Shown here: in pieces, positions 21,507 to 31,577 of the stretch
How positions within the stretch are numbered: position 1 is the stretch's first letter
How the letters are laid out: each line of letters starts with the position of its first letter
Assembly (NCBI GenBank): GCA_019358935.1
Contig: JAHHIK010000028.1
Coordinates: 1-64,000 of the forward strand
From: Tolypothrix carrinoi HA7290-LM1
Lineage (GTDB): Bacteria; Cyanobacteriota; Cyanobacteriia; Cyanobacteriales; Nostocaceae
Length of the DNA: 64,000 bases
Direction: 5' to 3'
Program-made: the position numbers and the translations under genes
Notes under the pieces: generated by a model
Databases searched by the model: none
The model's input: only the letters and a program-made list of their open reading frames with translations
What the model was told of the DNA's origin: nothing

Positions 21507-21742
21507 TATTGCAAAAATTTCATAACGCCTTAACGAACCGCACCAGAAGCTAGTGCGTTGCGTATTTTCCACTCGTCACGTTTTCGCTCTTAAGCTTCCC
21601 CCGAAAAGCTGCCGAGAAAGTTGTAGCAACTGGCGCGATGCGGAGAACGTGGAGGAAGAGAAGAAAAAGGGAATTTGGGAGTTGTTTTTGAGATTAACTC
21701 TTATCTCTGGGGAATTATAGATTTAGTTCCAGGAGATTGAAT

Positions 21743-22099
21743 ATGAATGATGAATGGCAGCTGCTAAATCAAATAGAAGATGTTCTGCTTTTTAGGAACA
21801 ATCGGTTTGATAATTTACACCTTACTCAAATAGTGTGTCAATTTTTAAATGAAATTAAGTCCAAGTGGTTGAACGCTGTCTGTTTACAGCAATTGCTTGG
21901 AGATGGATTTGAATGTGAAGTATTAATGCCTGGTAAAAAATGGCGAACAGGCAAAATTAGAATGCGACTTTGCTTTGATTTCTGCCCTGATGTACCTGAA
22001 ATCGACGAGAAAGCGGAAAATAATCAGCTAGATATCAGTCAACCAGCCTCTCCACTTGACGACCTTCGTCAGCAACTCAAACAAATTCAACATCAGTAA
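21743..22099 (+). CDS. KGK domain protein (second, divergent paralog)
   Basis: G.ECEVL.PGKKWRTGKIRM...DFCPD...SPLDDLRQ; AGGAG RBS before ATG 21743. Confidence 0.88.
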   Translation: MNDEWQLLNQIEDVLLFRNNRFDNLHLTQIVCQFLNEIKSKWLNAVCLQQLLGDGFECEVLMPGKKWRTGKIRMRLCFDFCPDVPEIDEKAENNQLDISQPASPLDDLRQQLKQIQHQ

Positions 22100-22470
22100 A
22101 CCGCGAAAATTTCAGTACGAGCAAAGCCCAACTGCGTGTGCCAAATGCTTTTTTATGTATAGCAGTTTTTATCAAAGTCTTTTAATTGGCGTTCTTCTTT
22201 GCGCCTCTGCGCCTTTGCGTGAGACATAATATCTATATACGAAATCTACAATCTAAAAATTACTTTGATTTAGTCCGCGTAGGCGGACTTCGTTTGTGTA
22301 GCCGAGCCAGTGCGTAGGCATCGGCAGCGCGGTCTTGGGGAGGCAGTGCGTTGGGCGGCTCCGCCGACTTGAAGCATCTGCCGTGGTTCCCCCCATGAGC
22401 GACTGCCGCAAGGGTTTCCCGGCAGCCGCGCATCTGGCGTGCGATTTTAATCGTCCGGTATTAATAAACA

Positions 22471-23523
22471 ATGAGCCGCTCTTCTTGGACTCCTCTCCAT
22501 GCAAAAATACATCGCACCATTGGATCGCGTCATCTATTTGAACGCAACCAACGCTTATTAGTTGCGGTTTCCGGTGGGCAAGATTCTCTGTGTTTAATCA
22601 AATTACTGTTAGATTTACAACCAAAATGGGGATGGCATTTAGGTATCGCTCACTGCGATCATCGCTGGCGTGCTGACTCGCAAGCTAATGCACAGCATGT
22701 AAAAAATTTAGCCGAAAGTTGGGAAATATCCTTTTATTTAGAAACCGCTAACGAACCATTAAATAGTGAAGCGGCTGCACGAAATTGGCGGTATCAAGCT
22801 TTGAATACGATCGCACTTGAACATAATTACAACTATATTGTTACAGGTCACACAGCAAGCGATCGCGCTGAAACTCTTCTTTACAACTTAATGCGTGGTA
22901 CTGGTGCTGATGGTTTGCAAGCTTTAACTTGGCAACGCTTATTAACCGATAATATTCTACTAGTGCGTCCACTTTTAGAAATCACTCGCGCCCAAACGAA
23001 AGATTTTTGTACAGACTTTCAACTACCAATTTGGGAAGATTCTACCAACGAAGATTTGAAGTACACCCGTAACCGCATCCGCCTAGAATTATTACCATAT
23101 TTGCAAGAAAATTTCAACCCCCAAGTTGAATCAGCTTTAGCTCAAACTGCCGAACTTCTGCAAGCCGAAGTGGAATACTTAGAACAAGCAGCCGATCGCT
23201 TGCGCGAAGAGGCAATGGGGGAGGGAGATGGGGAGACAAGGAGACAAGGAGACAAGGAGACAAAAAGACAAGAGGAGATACTTCCCTCCCCCTTTGCACT
23301 CCCCCTAAAACTCAATCGTCGCATTTTGCAGAAAGCACCATTGGCGTTGCAACGTCGCGTCATGCGTTACTGTTTACAACAGATACTTCCATGTGCCCCT
23401 AGTTTTGAGCAAATCGAAAAACTAACAGCTTTAATTACAGCACCAAACCGATCGCAAACCGATCCATTTCCAGGGGGTGCGATCGCCAAAGTAGAAAACG
23501 ATTGGATTTATGTTAGTTGTTAG
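22471..23523 (+). CDS. tilS: tRNA(Ile)-lysidine synthetase
   Basis: AVSGGQDS PP-loop, TGHTASDRAET, RPLL, WEDSTN and RNRIR motifs. Confidence 0.97.
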   Translation: MSRSSWTPLHAKIHRTIGSRHLFERNQRLLVAVSGGQDSLCLIKLLLDLQPKWGWHLGIAHCDHRWRADSQANAQHVKNLAESWEISFYLETANEPLNSEAAARNWRYQALNTIALEHNYNYIVTGHTASDRAETLLYNLMRGTGADGLQALTWQRLLTDNILLVRPLLEITRAQTKDFCTDFQLPIWEDSTNEDLKYTRNRIRLELLPYLQENFNPQVESALAQTAELLQAEVEYLEQAADRLREEAMGEGDGETRRQGDKETKRQEEILPSPFALPLKLNRRILQKAPLALQRRVMRYCLQQILPCAPSFEQIEKLTALITAPNRSQTDPFPGGAIAKVENDWIYVSC

Positions 23524-23692
23524 TTGTTGGTTGTTGGTTGTTGGTTGTTAGTTGTTAGTTGTTGGTTGTTGGTTGTTAGTTGTTGGTTGTTAGTTGTTGG
23601 TTGTTGGTTGTTAGTTGTTGGTTAACAGTTATCGACTATCCACTATCCACTATCGACTATCCACTATCTACTATCTACTATCCACTATCCAC
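23512..23692. repeat. Heptamer repeats (GTTGTTA/G)n and (CTATCCA)n
   Basis: 7-mer arrays between convergent tilS and hmpF. Confidence 0.9.
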
Positions 23693-23714
23693 GCTCCTCC
23701 GCTCCTCCTAACTT

Positions 23715-25469
23715 TTAAGACGCTAACAATTCTGGTTGAATCAAACTTAAAATAGTTTGACGCATCTGGGTAATAGTCTGAAGTTGATAATCACCAGTTT
23801 CCTCTACTGTAGCCAAAGATTCAGCTATGCCTTGCAGCTTGTGGCGTAAACCGTCCAAGGAATCCTGAATTGGTTGTAGCGTTTCTTGATAAACATTAAC
23901 TTTAGCTGAATATTCAGCAGTGGCTATTCGCAACAGTTGCAAATTTTCTTCCAACACTTTTAGTTCTTGGTGCTTTTCTTCTTGCTCTTGGATTTGATTA
24001 TTGAGCGTTTTCTCGGCTAGCTCAATTTGAGAACGTATCTCTTCAATCTCACGTTCTAAGTTTTGTAGTTCCTCCGACTGTTGTTGTTGCTGCGCCTCCA
24101 TTTGTCGCAAAATTGGTACTAAATCTATTTTTTGATCGTCTTCATTGGCAGATGAATGTCCTTGTCGCCGATGCAATACCGCTTGGTGTTGTTTAAAAGA
24201 CTCTTGCCGCTGTAATAAACTGCGGCGTTGTCCCACCAATGTTTCATTCAACATCTGGTATAAGTCTTTTTCATCTGCCAATTCCATTTCTAAGTTGATA
24301 TGGTCATTGTCAGATGCTTGATTTAACTTATTTTGCAATTCGTCTATAGTGTCTTGTTTGAATTTAAGTTCAACTTCTTGCTCGTGGACAAAGCTAGAGT
24401 CAATTTGCAACTTTTCGTGCAAGTCCTGCACTGTTTGTTGCAGTTCTTCTAGCGGCATTTTCTCCAAAGCTTCGACATTAACTTGCTCGCCAAGAACTAC
24501 ATCCCCAGAAATAGCCACCAAAAATTGAATCTGCTGGTGTAAATCTTCTTGGTGTTGTAACTGCTGTTTAAGCATCCGAGCGCACTCTTGTTTACTAGCA
24601 AGAGATGCTGTATTCATTTTCAAATCTGCTGTTTGCTGCAAGACTGCATTTTGGGTTTGTTGCCATTCACAAGCGCGATCGCACTTTGTTTGCTCTAGCT
24701 GGTCAAGTTCCTCTTGCTGTTGAATAGCCGCAGTTCTGAGAAATTCTAATTGTTGCCAGTGTGGATTAAGAGTAGCTTGCTGGTTTTCCACCATTTCTAA
24801 GGCAAAATTAAGATGCTCGCGCACTGTTACGTTTGGATCAACTTGACTCGAAAGGCGATCGAGCAACTCGCTCAACACCCGGCTTTGCTCCTCATCCAAA
24901 ACATTTCCTTGCTGGAATTCTAATTGATGTTCCTCCAAACGGCGTTGCTCACCGCGCAAATGCTCCCAAGCACCTTCTAGTTCGTGACGATTGCGCTCAA
25001 ATTCTTCTCGCAACCGTTCTACTTTTTGTTTTGATGTATCAACTTCTTGCTTTTCGGCTTCCAGACGTTGAAAATCATCATCCATTTGTTGCAGTTGTTC
25101 CGCACGCGCTTCCATTTCCATTTCGCGGCGATTTAACTCTTGTGCTTGAAATGTCAGTGACTCTTTCCACTGGTCAATTTCTTCTTCTTTGAGCTTAAAT
25201 TTTTCTACTTGACGAGAAAAATTCTGCAAAATATTAACTAGCGGACGCCCTGCTTCTTGAATTCTCTGCACTTGACGTTGAGGATTCAATTCAACCAGCA
25301 CCAGTGCGCCGTCGTTTAATTTGCTTGCGTCTTCAGCCGCAATCACTTCTTCTGAAACATTACTCCAATTTTGGTCTGTCCGTTGACAAGCCAGTAATTT
25401 CAGTTCTGTTTTAGAACCACCACCGAGTAAGCCGCCTTTTTGTTTTTGTACTTCTGCTAAATACAGCAC
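23715..25469 (-). CDS. hmpF: Pilus motility taxis protein HmpF
   Basis: MLYLAEVQKQ...LKLLACQR...IDQWKESLTFQAQEL.RRE.E, long coiled coil, divergent from the chemotaxis-like cluster. Confidence 0.92.
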   Translation of the reverse strand: MLYLAEVQKQKGGLLGGGSKTELKLLACQRTDQNWSNVSEEVIAAEDASKLNDGALVLVELNPQRQVQRIQEAGRPLVNILQNFSRQVEKFKLKEEEIDQWKESLTFQAQELNRREMEMEARAEQLQQMDDDFQRLEAEKQEVDTSKQKVERLREEFERNRHELEGAWEHLRGEQRRLEEHQLEFQQGNVLDEEQSRVLSELLDRLSSQVDPNVTVREHLNFALEMVENQQATLNPHWQQLEFLRTAAIQQQEELDQLEQTKCDRACEWQQTQNAVLQQTADLKMNTASLASKQECARMLKQQLQHQEDLHQQIQFLVAISGDVVLGEQVNVEALEKMPLEELQQTVQDLHEKLQIDSSFVHEQEVELKFKQDTIDELQNKLNQASDNDHINLEMELADEKDLYQMLNETLVGQRRSLLQRQESFKQHQAVLHRRQGHSSANEDDQKIDLVPILRQMEAQQQQQSEELQNLEREIEEIRSQIELAEKTLNNQIQEQEEKHQELKVLEENLQLLRIATAEYSAKVNVYQETLQPIQDSLDGLRHKLQGIAESLATVEETGDYQLQTITQMRQTILSLIQPELLAS

Positions 25470-26086
25470 ACCGCTATTCCTTTTGATGCACTTAACGCCC
25501 TGTATTGGGCTATACGTTAAATAATTGCGTAAATTTGTCTTACTTCACCTATTTAGGAAAATAAGACAAACAAAACTATTTATAGACGCGAGATTTCGTC
25601 TTGATATTTATAAAATCAACTTGTCGCGTCTTTACATTTTGTACTGATGGCAGTTGTGATGACTACCGTGTTATCACTAGCATTGTAAAAGTATATTAAA
25701 CAAAGTTAAGGTTTGAAGTTAGGGTATCGTTTTCTAATGTGTTCTTTCTATACATGAAGCAGAGTGCGATGTCTTTTGACAAAAAGTCAGCGCATCTACG
25801 CCCAAAAACCGAAATTCATGAAAATTTCTCGACCCAGATTAATGTAATGCCCGTCTAAATGCTGTATTAGGACAACACAGCACAAAAGCGCTTCTTTTTT
25901 CAGTCTGTTTTAGGAATGAGCGCAAAAATAATTGTAAGGCACATTATAAAGTAGCGGTAATTCATGAATTACCGCTACTTACGACACGGCGTTATTATTG
26001 CGTAAGTCCTGTGTTTGAAACATTGAAAAAAAGGGCAAAATTAACATTGAATGTAAATAAAATGACTTGGAGCGCCTTTTAGCTAA

Positions 26087-27352
26087 ATGTACGGAAATTT
26101 AAATGAAATTGATATTCGTAGTATTCTCCAATTGATTGAGTTGGGGCAGCGAACAGGGCAATTATTTGTAGAAGCCCGTAGTCACAATAGCAACAAACTT
26201 AGTGTAGATGAAGTAATTAGACAGCGTTCTTGGTCTGAGTTTAAACAACAGTCTTGGTACGTATTTTTTCTCAATGGTCAAATTATTTATTGCCAAGATA
26301 GCGACAGCAGTTTGACAAGAATTGCCGATTACTTGCGTCATTACCGAGTTCAGACACGGCTTGACAAAGTACAACTTGCTTACCTAGAAACCCTAAATGC
26401 TCCAGAGTACGGCTATCTTTGGACGCTTTTAGAGCGGAATATTATTCAACCAAAAGTGGCGCAAACTATTATTCACCGCTTGGTGCATGAGACTTTGTTT
26501 GATTTACTGAGTTTACATCAAGGTAACTTCATTTTCGATTTGGGTTCGGCATTTGCCCCGCAATTAACTACCTTAGAGATTGCTCCGCTTGTCACCAAAA
26601 TTATGAAGCAGGTGCAAGAGTGGAAGTTGCTTTATCCGCATATTCAATCTCCCGATCAATTTCCGGTGCTTGCTGATATAACTGAACTACGCTCCTCACT
26701 GCCGGCAGCAACGCTAAATAAGTTACAGCAGTGGGTGGATGGTAAAACATCTTTGCGTCAATTGGCTCGGTATCTGAATCGAGACGTTTTGACAGTTGCT
26801 AAAGCAATATATCCATACGTGCAACAAGGTTGCGTGCATTTAGTATATTCAAGTACATCTACGGATGCACAAATACAAAAGAGTCAACAAGAGTTATTAC
26901 AAAAGACACGCATAGTCTGTATTGACGATACGGCTACGATTTGTGAAACTGTAGAGTCTATTTTGAAACCACTTGGTTATGAAGCGATCGCCTTCACCAA
27001 TCCCCTAGAAGCGATTAGCCGCATTTTTCAAATCAAGCCAAATCTAATTTTATGCGATATAACCATGCCAGAGTTGGATGGTTACGAAATTTGTGGAATG
27101 CTGCGACATTCAACAGCATTTCGGCTCGTGCCGATTATCATGCTAAGTAGTAAAAATGCATTTATCGATCGCGTTAGAGCAAGGATGGTTGGGGCATGTG
27201 ATTATTTAACAAAACCATTTACAGACACAGAATTGCTGATGCTTGTAGAAAAATATCTCAACTATAGTGTTGTTTGGCGACACAACCAAAACGTAAGACT
27301 TGTTGATCCCATCCCAGATCGAGTAAAAGATAATATCACAGAATCAGCTTGA
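26087..27352 (+). CDS. hmpA: PatA-family response regulator (PATAN + receiver)
   Basis: GNLNEIDIRSILQLIELGQRTG N-terminus, C-terminal receiver CIDD...DITMPELDGY...KPF; first gene of the cluster. Confidence 0.82.
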   Translation: MYGNLNEIDIRSILQLIELGQRTGQLFVEARSHNSNKLSVDEVIRQRSWSEFKQQSWYVFFLNGQIIYCQDSDSSLTRIADYLRHYRVQTRLDKVQLAYLETLNAPEYGYLWTLLERNIIQPKVAQTIIHRLVHETLFDLLSLHQGNFIFDLGSAFAPQLTTLEIAPLVTKIMKQVQEWKLLYPHIQSPDQFPVLADITELRSSLPAATLNKLQQWVDGKTSLRQLARYLNRDVLTVAKAIYPYVQQGCVHLVYSSTSTDAQIQKSQQELLQKTRIVCIDDTATICETVESILKPLGYEAIAFTNPLEAISRIFQIKPNLILCDITMPELDGYEICGMLRHSTAFRLVPIIMLSSKNAFIDRVRARMVGACDYLTKPFTDTELLMLVEKYLNYSVVWRHNQNVRLVDPIPDRVKDNITESA

Positions 27353-27600
27353 CTGGGGAATGGGGAATGGGGAATGGGGAGATGGGGAGACAGGGAGACA
27401 AGGGAGACAAGGGAGACAAGGGAGACAAGGGAGACAAGGGAGACTGGGGACTAGAAAAATAATTACCACCAATTACCAACAACTAACAACCCTTCGGGTT
27501 CACCACTTGCGCGGCTGTCGGCAGAGCGCGATAGCGCAGTGGTTCACCAACAACTAACAACCAACAACTAACAACTAACAACTAACAACTAACAACCAAC
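27352..27600. repeat. Short tandem repeats (GGGGAAT, GGGAGACAA, CAACTAA)
   Basis: 7- and 9-mer runs between hmpA and hmpB. Confidence 0.85.
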
Positions 27601-27664
27601 AATTCTCAGTTAAATTAGTGAAAAATAGAATAAATTTATACACGAAATGCTTGCGGGGAAGTCA

Positions 27665-27673
27665 GGGAATGCT
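27665..27673 (+). promoter_or_regulatory. Possible SigJ-type promoter element (J-box-like) for hmpB-E
   Basis: GGGAATGCT resembles the Nostoc SigJ consensus GGGaAtacT as I recall it; 43 nt upstream of hmpB ATG and ahead of an AGGAGG RBS. Confidence 0.4.
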
Positions 27674-27716
27674 CCAGATAGGGAAACGTCTACATCAGGA
27701 GGTAAATTAGGCATTT

Positions 27717-28082
27717 ATGAGTACAGTTCTGATTGTGGAAGACAGTGTGGCACAAAGGGAGATGATTACAGACCTCCTAAAAGCGAGTGGCTTAACAGTC
27801 ACCCATGCCAGTGACGGATTAGAAGCGTTAGAAGCAATTCAAACCACAGCTCCGGATCTAGTGGTATTAGATATTGTCATGCCCAGGATGAATGGCTACG
27901 AAGTTTGTCGTCGGCTAAAGTCAGATCCAAAAACCCAAAATGTCCCTGTAGTCATGTGTTCTTCCAAAGGTGAAGAATTCGATCGCTACTGGGGGATGAA
28001 ACAAGGCGCCGATGCCTACATAGCTAAACCGTTTCAGCCAACCGAGTTGGTAGGAACAGTCAAACAACTGCTGCGAGGATAA
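27717..28082 (+). CDS. hmpB: CheY-like response regulator (PilH-type)
   Basis: VLIVEDS, LDIVMPRMNGYEVCR, YWGMKQGADAYIAKPF. Confidence 0.9.
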   Translation: MSTVLIVEDSVAQREMITDLLKASGLTVTHASDGLEALEAIQTTAPDLVVLDIVMPRMNGYEVCRRLKSDPKTQNVPVVMCSSKGEEFDRYWGMKQGADAYIAKPFQPTELVGTVKQLLRG

Positions 28083-28095
28083 GGATGGAAAAAAC

Positions 28096-28626
28096 ATGGT
28101 TAAGTTACCGGACTTTTTAGGAGGCAGCGGTCAAGACCACTTCCGTCCTGAATTTCAAGTAGAAAGTCCTGAAGGTGAGTTACATTTACGGTTTTACATT
28201 CCCTCGCATCAGGAGTTTGCACTACCAGCCACAGGCATCCGCGAGGTAATTGAACTAAGTCCCGATAGAATTACTCCAATTCCTAATGCTTCTGGTTTAC
28301 TTTTGGGTACTCTAAATTTACGAGGTCGAGTAATTTGGGTGGCTGATTTGGGTCAATTTTTAGGAGAAGTAACTCCGTTAAATACCGACAAAGCAGAAAT
28401 TCCGGTGATTGCTATAGAAGAGCAAGACACAATAGTCGGTTTAGCAGTAGAACAAATTGGTGGCATGGACTGGCTTGACGTGCAGCATCTAATCGCACCA
28501 AATAACGTGCCAGATGCTATGGCTCCCTTTTTGCGGGGAGAGTGGTTATTAGATGCTCAAAAAAATCAGTGTCTGCGACTGCTAGATCAAATGGCTATTT
28601 TGCGGAGTGCGCGGTGGGCAGGATGA
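28096..28626 (+). CDS. hmpC: CheW-like protein
   Basis: ITPIPN...LLGTLNLRGRVIWVADL. Confidence 0.9.
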   Translation: MVKLPDFLGGSGQDHFRPEFQVESPEGELHLRFYIPSHQEFALPATGIREVIELSPDRITPIPNASGLLLGTLNLRGRVIWVADLGQFLGEVTPLNTDKAEIPVIAIEEQDTIVGLAVEQIGGMDWLDVQHLIAPNNVPDAMAPFLRGEWLLDAQKNQCLRLLDQMAILRSARWAG

Positions 28627-28643
28627 AATAAAAGAGGCAGGAA

Positions 28644-31439
28644 ATGGAAGCAAATATAGACGAATACTTAGAAATTTATAAACAAGCTTGTACGGCATAC
28701 GCGCAACAAAATTATGAAGTTGCCGCGACTTTAGTTGACTCTGTGGTAGAAAATTTACCCGATGATGCTAACTGCCATTTGTTGCGGGGTCACGTTTACT
28801 ATGTTTTACAACAATACGATGTGGCATCATCAGAATACCAAAAAGTTTTGCAGTTGACGAAGGATGAAGAAATTATTAGTTTTGCTCGTAATGGTCTTGA
28901 AAATGTCAATCAATACCAACAGCAAGAAGAACAAATCGCCGAGGTAGATAATCAGCCTCCCAATTCTAGCGAGCCTGAGGCTATGATGGGCGCAGGCAAT
29001 GAAGATAATAACTTTGATTTCAGCTCTGATAGTGAGCATCCGCAAGCTGTGGACGTAATCGAAGAACTATCTTTCAGCAGCCCATTTGAAATGCCCACAG
29101 ATAGTACTGTATTTGGTACGTCACTAGAATCAACAAATGATAGCGCTGACAGTAATCCTTTTGCCTTGAATGCAGAATCACAATTAGATTCAAGTAATTG
29201 GGAGGAAGAATCAAAGTTAGATTTGCCAGCTTTCTGGCAAGAAGATATCTCCCAAGCTAGTGAAGATTATACTGATAAAAATTCCCCACTTAACAGCAAT
29301 AACAATAGCGGTTCGCCTTTTGAATTTGTGCCATCAACAGGCAATAGCTTAGAAAAACCTCCGGATTTTTTGATTGAAGTTGAAAGTTCCCAAGGATTAA
29401 TAAGTGAAGAGTTTAAGTCTCAACTAAATAATGTTGAAGATGAAACTTTATTTTTGAGCGAAGTATCCAGCAAAAATAAGTCTAAACCAACAAATAATTC
29501 GGGATACAGCAGTCAAGAAAAGAATTTGAAAAGTTCATCATTAAATGGGAATTTTGCTTTTGAGGAATCTGAGGATTTAGACTCAACTGACAAAAAGCAA
29601 AACGCATTAGAGGATGACGATAGTTTTGACTTTGAAGCTTTTGAGTCTGCCTTTGGCTCAGATGCGTTAACAGATGAGGAAGATACAAACAGTATAATTA
29701 GTGGAAATACTTCCAAAAGCAATAACATCGAGTTTTTAGACGATTTTGATGCCTTTGACGATTTAGGAAACATTCCTGGTTTTGATATCACAGGAGGAAA
29801 TTCTAGTTTCAGCGATGTGTCAATACCTTCTGGTTCATTAGATACCAGTAGTAAAATAGGCAAAAAAGTTTCGCAAGTTCCGCCAATTGCGGAAAATAGC
29901 GATCGCGATTCGGAACTCTTCAGTATGACTGGTTCGCAAGAAGCAGTCCCCGTCTTTACCCAAACAGATGTCTCAAAAGTAGAACCTGTTGTTAATGTCG
30001 AGCAAGGCTTATTAGCACCATTAGAAAATGCTCCCCTGGAACAAAAACAATGGATTATCGCTGGAACTGTCGGTATTGTTTCGGCTGTAGTTGTCGCTGT
30101 AGTTAGTTTCAGTGCGGCTAATTTGTCAGCCCCGCAACAACGGGAAGGAGTGCGAAATACAGGCTGGGCAATGGCTCTAGCTGCCGGACTTGCAAGTTTT
30201 GGTACAGCCAGCTTTATGGGAAATCTTACACTCAAACAAATTCGCCGCACAACTAACGATCTGCAAACTCAGTTTGATGCGGTGCGTCAAGGAAATCTCA
30301 ATGCCCAAGCCACGGTATACTCAGAAGATCAATTAGGACAATTAGCCGCTGGCTTCAACGAAATGGCTAAGGTAATTTTCACCACCACAAATGAAGCTCA
30401 ACGCAAAGCTGATGAGCAAGAGGAGGCAAAAGAAAATCTCCAACGCCAAGTAATTCGGCTGTTGGACGATGTGGAAGGAGCTGCGAGGGGAGATTTGACG
30501 GTACAAGCTGAGGTGACGGCTGACGTATTGGGAGCAGTTGCGGACGCTTTTAACTTAACAATTCAAAATTTGCGGGATATCGTCCAACAGGTGAAAGTGG
30601 CAGCGCGGGAAGTGACAAAAGGAGCAACCAATTCAGAAACTTTTGCTAGAGCATTATCTAGTGATGCTTTGCGACAAGCTGAGGAGTTGGCAGTAACTTT
30701 AAATTCCGTGCAGGTGATGACAGACTCGATTCAGCGGGTAGCGGAAGCAGCGCGAGAAGCGGAAACTGTCACCCGTGAAGCTAGCGCTTTTGCACTTAAA
30801 GGTGGGGAAGCGGTAGAAAACACCGTGGCGGGGATTTTGGAAATTCGCGAAACAGTAGCAGAAACTACCCGAAAAGTCAAGCGTTTGGCGGAATCTTCCC
30901 AAGAAATTTCTAAAATTGTGGCTTTGATTTCGCAAATTGCTTCTAGAACGAATCTGTTAGCGCTGAATGCTAGTATTGAAGCAGCACGAGCCGGAGAAGC
31001 TGGAAGAGGATTTGCGATCGTTGCAGATGAAGTGCGTCAGCTTGCAGATAGATCGGCTAAATCTTTGAAAGAAATTGAAGAAATTGTCCGGCAAATTCAG
31101 AGCGAAACTAGTTCTGTAATGACGGCAATGGAAGAAGGTACACAACAGGTTATTCAAGGTACAAAATTAGCCGAAGAAGCCAAGCGATCGCTTGAAAATA
31201 TCATTCAAGTCGCAAATCGCATTGATATTCTTGTGCGTTCTATCACCACCGACACTGTAGAACAAACGGAAACTTCTCGCGCTGTCGCTCAGGTAATGCA
31301 GTCTGTGGAACTCACAGCGCAAGAAACCTCCCAAGAAGCACAGCGAGTTTCTGGTGCTTTACAACACTTGGTAGGTGTATCCCGCGACTTAATCTCCTCC
31401 GTTGAACGTTTCAAAGTGGAAACACTTGAAACAAGGTAA
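28644..31439 (+). CDS. hmpD: Methyl-accepting chemotaxis protein with N-terminal TPR, 2 TM and HAMP
   Basis: [30 protein letters not shown] hairpin, two TM helices, N-terminal TPR. Confidence 0.92.
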   Translation: MEANIDEYLEIYKQACTAYAQQNYEVAATLVDSVVENLPDDANCHLLRGHVYYVLQQYDVASSEYQKVLQLTKDEEIISFARNGLENVNQYQQQEEQIAEVDNQPPNSSEPEAMMGAGNEDNNFDFSSDSEHPQAVDVIEELSFSSPFEMPTDSTVFGTSLESTNDSADSNPFALNAESQLDSSNWEEESKLDLPAFWQEDISQASEDYTDKNSPLNSNNNSGSPFEFVPSTGNSLEKPPDFLIEVESSQGLISEEFKSQLNNVEDETLFLSEVSSKNKSKPTNNSGYSSQEKNLKSSSLNGNFAFEESEDLDSTDKKQNALEDDDSFDFEAFESAFGSDALTDEEDTNSIISGNTSKSNNIEFLDDFDAFDDLGNIPGFDITGGNSSFSDVSIPSGSLDTSSKIGKKVSQVPPIAENSDRDSELFSMTGSQEAVPVFTQTDVSKVEPVVNVEQGLLAPLENAPLEQKQWIIAGTVGIVSAVVVAVVSFSAANLSAPQQREGVRNTGWAMALAAGLASFGTASFMGNLTLKQIRRTTNDLQTQFDAVRQGNLNAQATVYSEDQLGQLAAGFNEMAKVIFTTTNEAQRKADEQEEAKENLQRQVIRLLDDVEGAARGDLTVQAEVTADVLGAVADAFNLTIQNLRDIVQQVKVAAREVTKGATNSETFARALSSDALRQAEELAVTLNSVQVMTDSIQRVAEAAREAETVTREASAFALKGGEAVENTVAGILEIRETVAETTRKVKRLAESSQEISKIVALISQIASRTNLLALNASIEAARAGEAGRGFAIVADEVRQLADRSAKSLKEIEEIVRQIQSETSSVMTAMEEGTQQVIQGTKLAEEAKRSLENIIQVANRIDILVRSITTDTVEQTETSRAVAQVMQSVELTAQETSQEAQRVSGALQHLVGVSRDLISSVERFKVETLETR

Positions 31440-31577
31440 AAAAGTTAGGAGTTGTAGAGACGCGATCGGTCGCGTCTGTACGGGAGTTAAAAGTAAAAAT
31501 TACCACTCATAACTCATAACTCATAACTCATAACTCATAACTCATAACTCGTAACTCTATTCTCCTAACTTTGTAGT

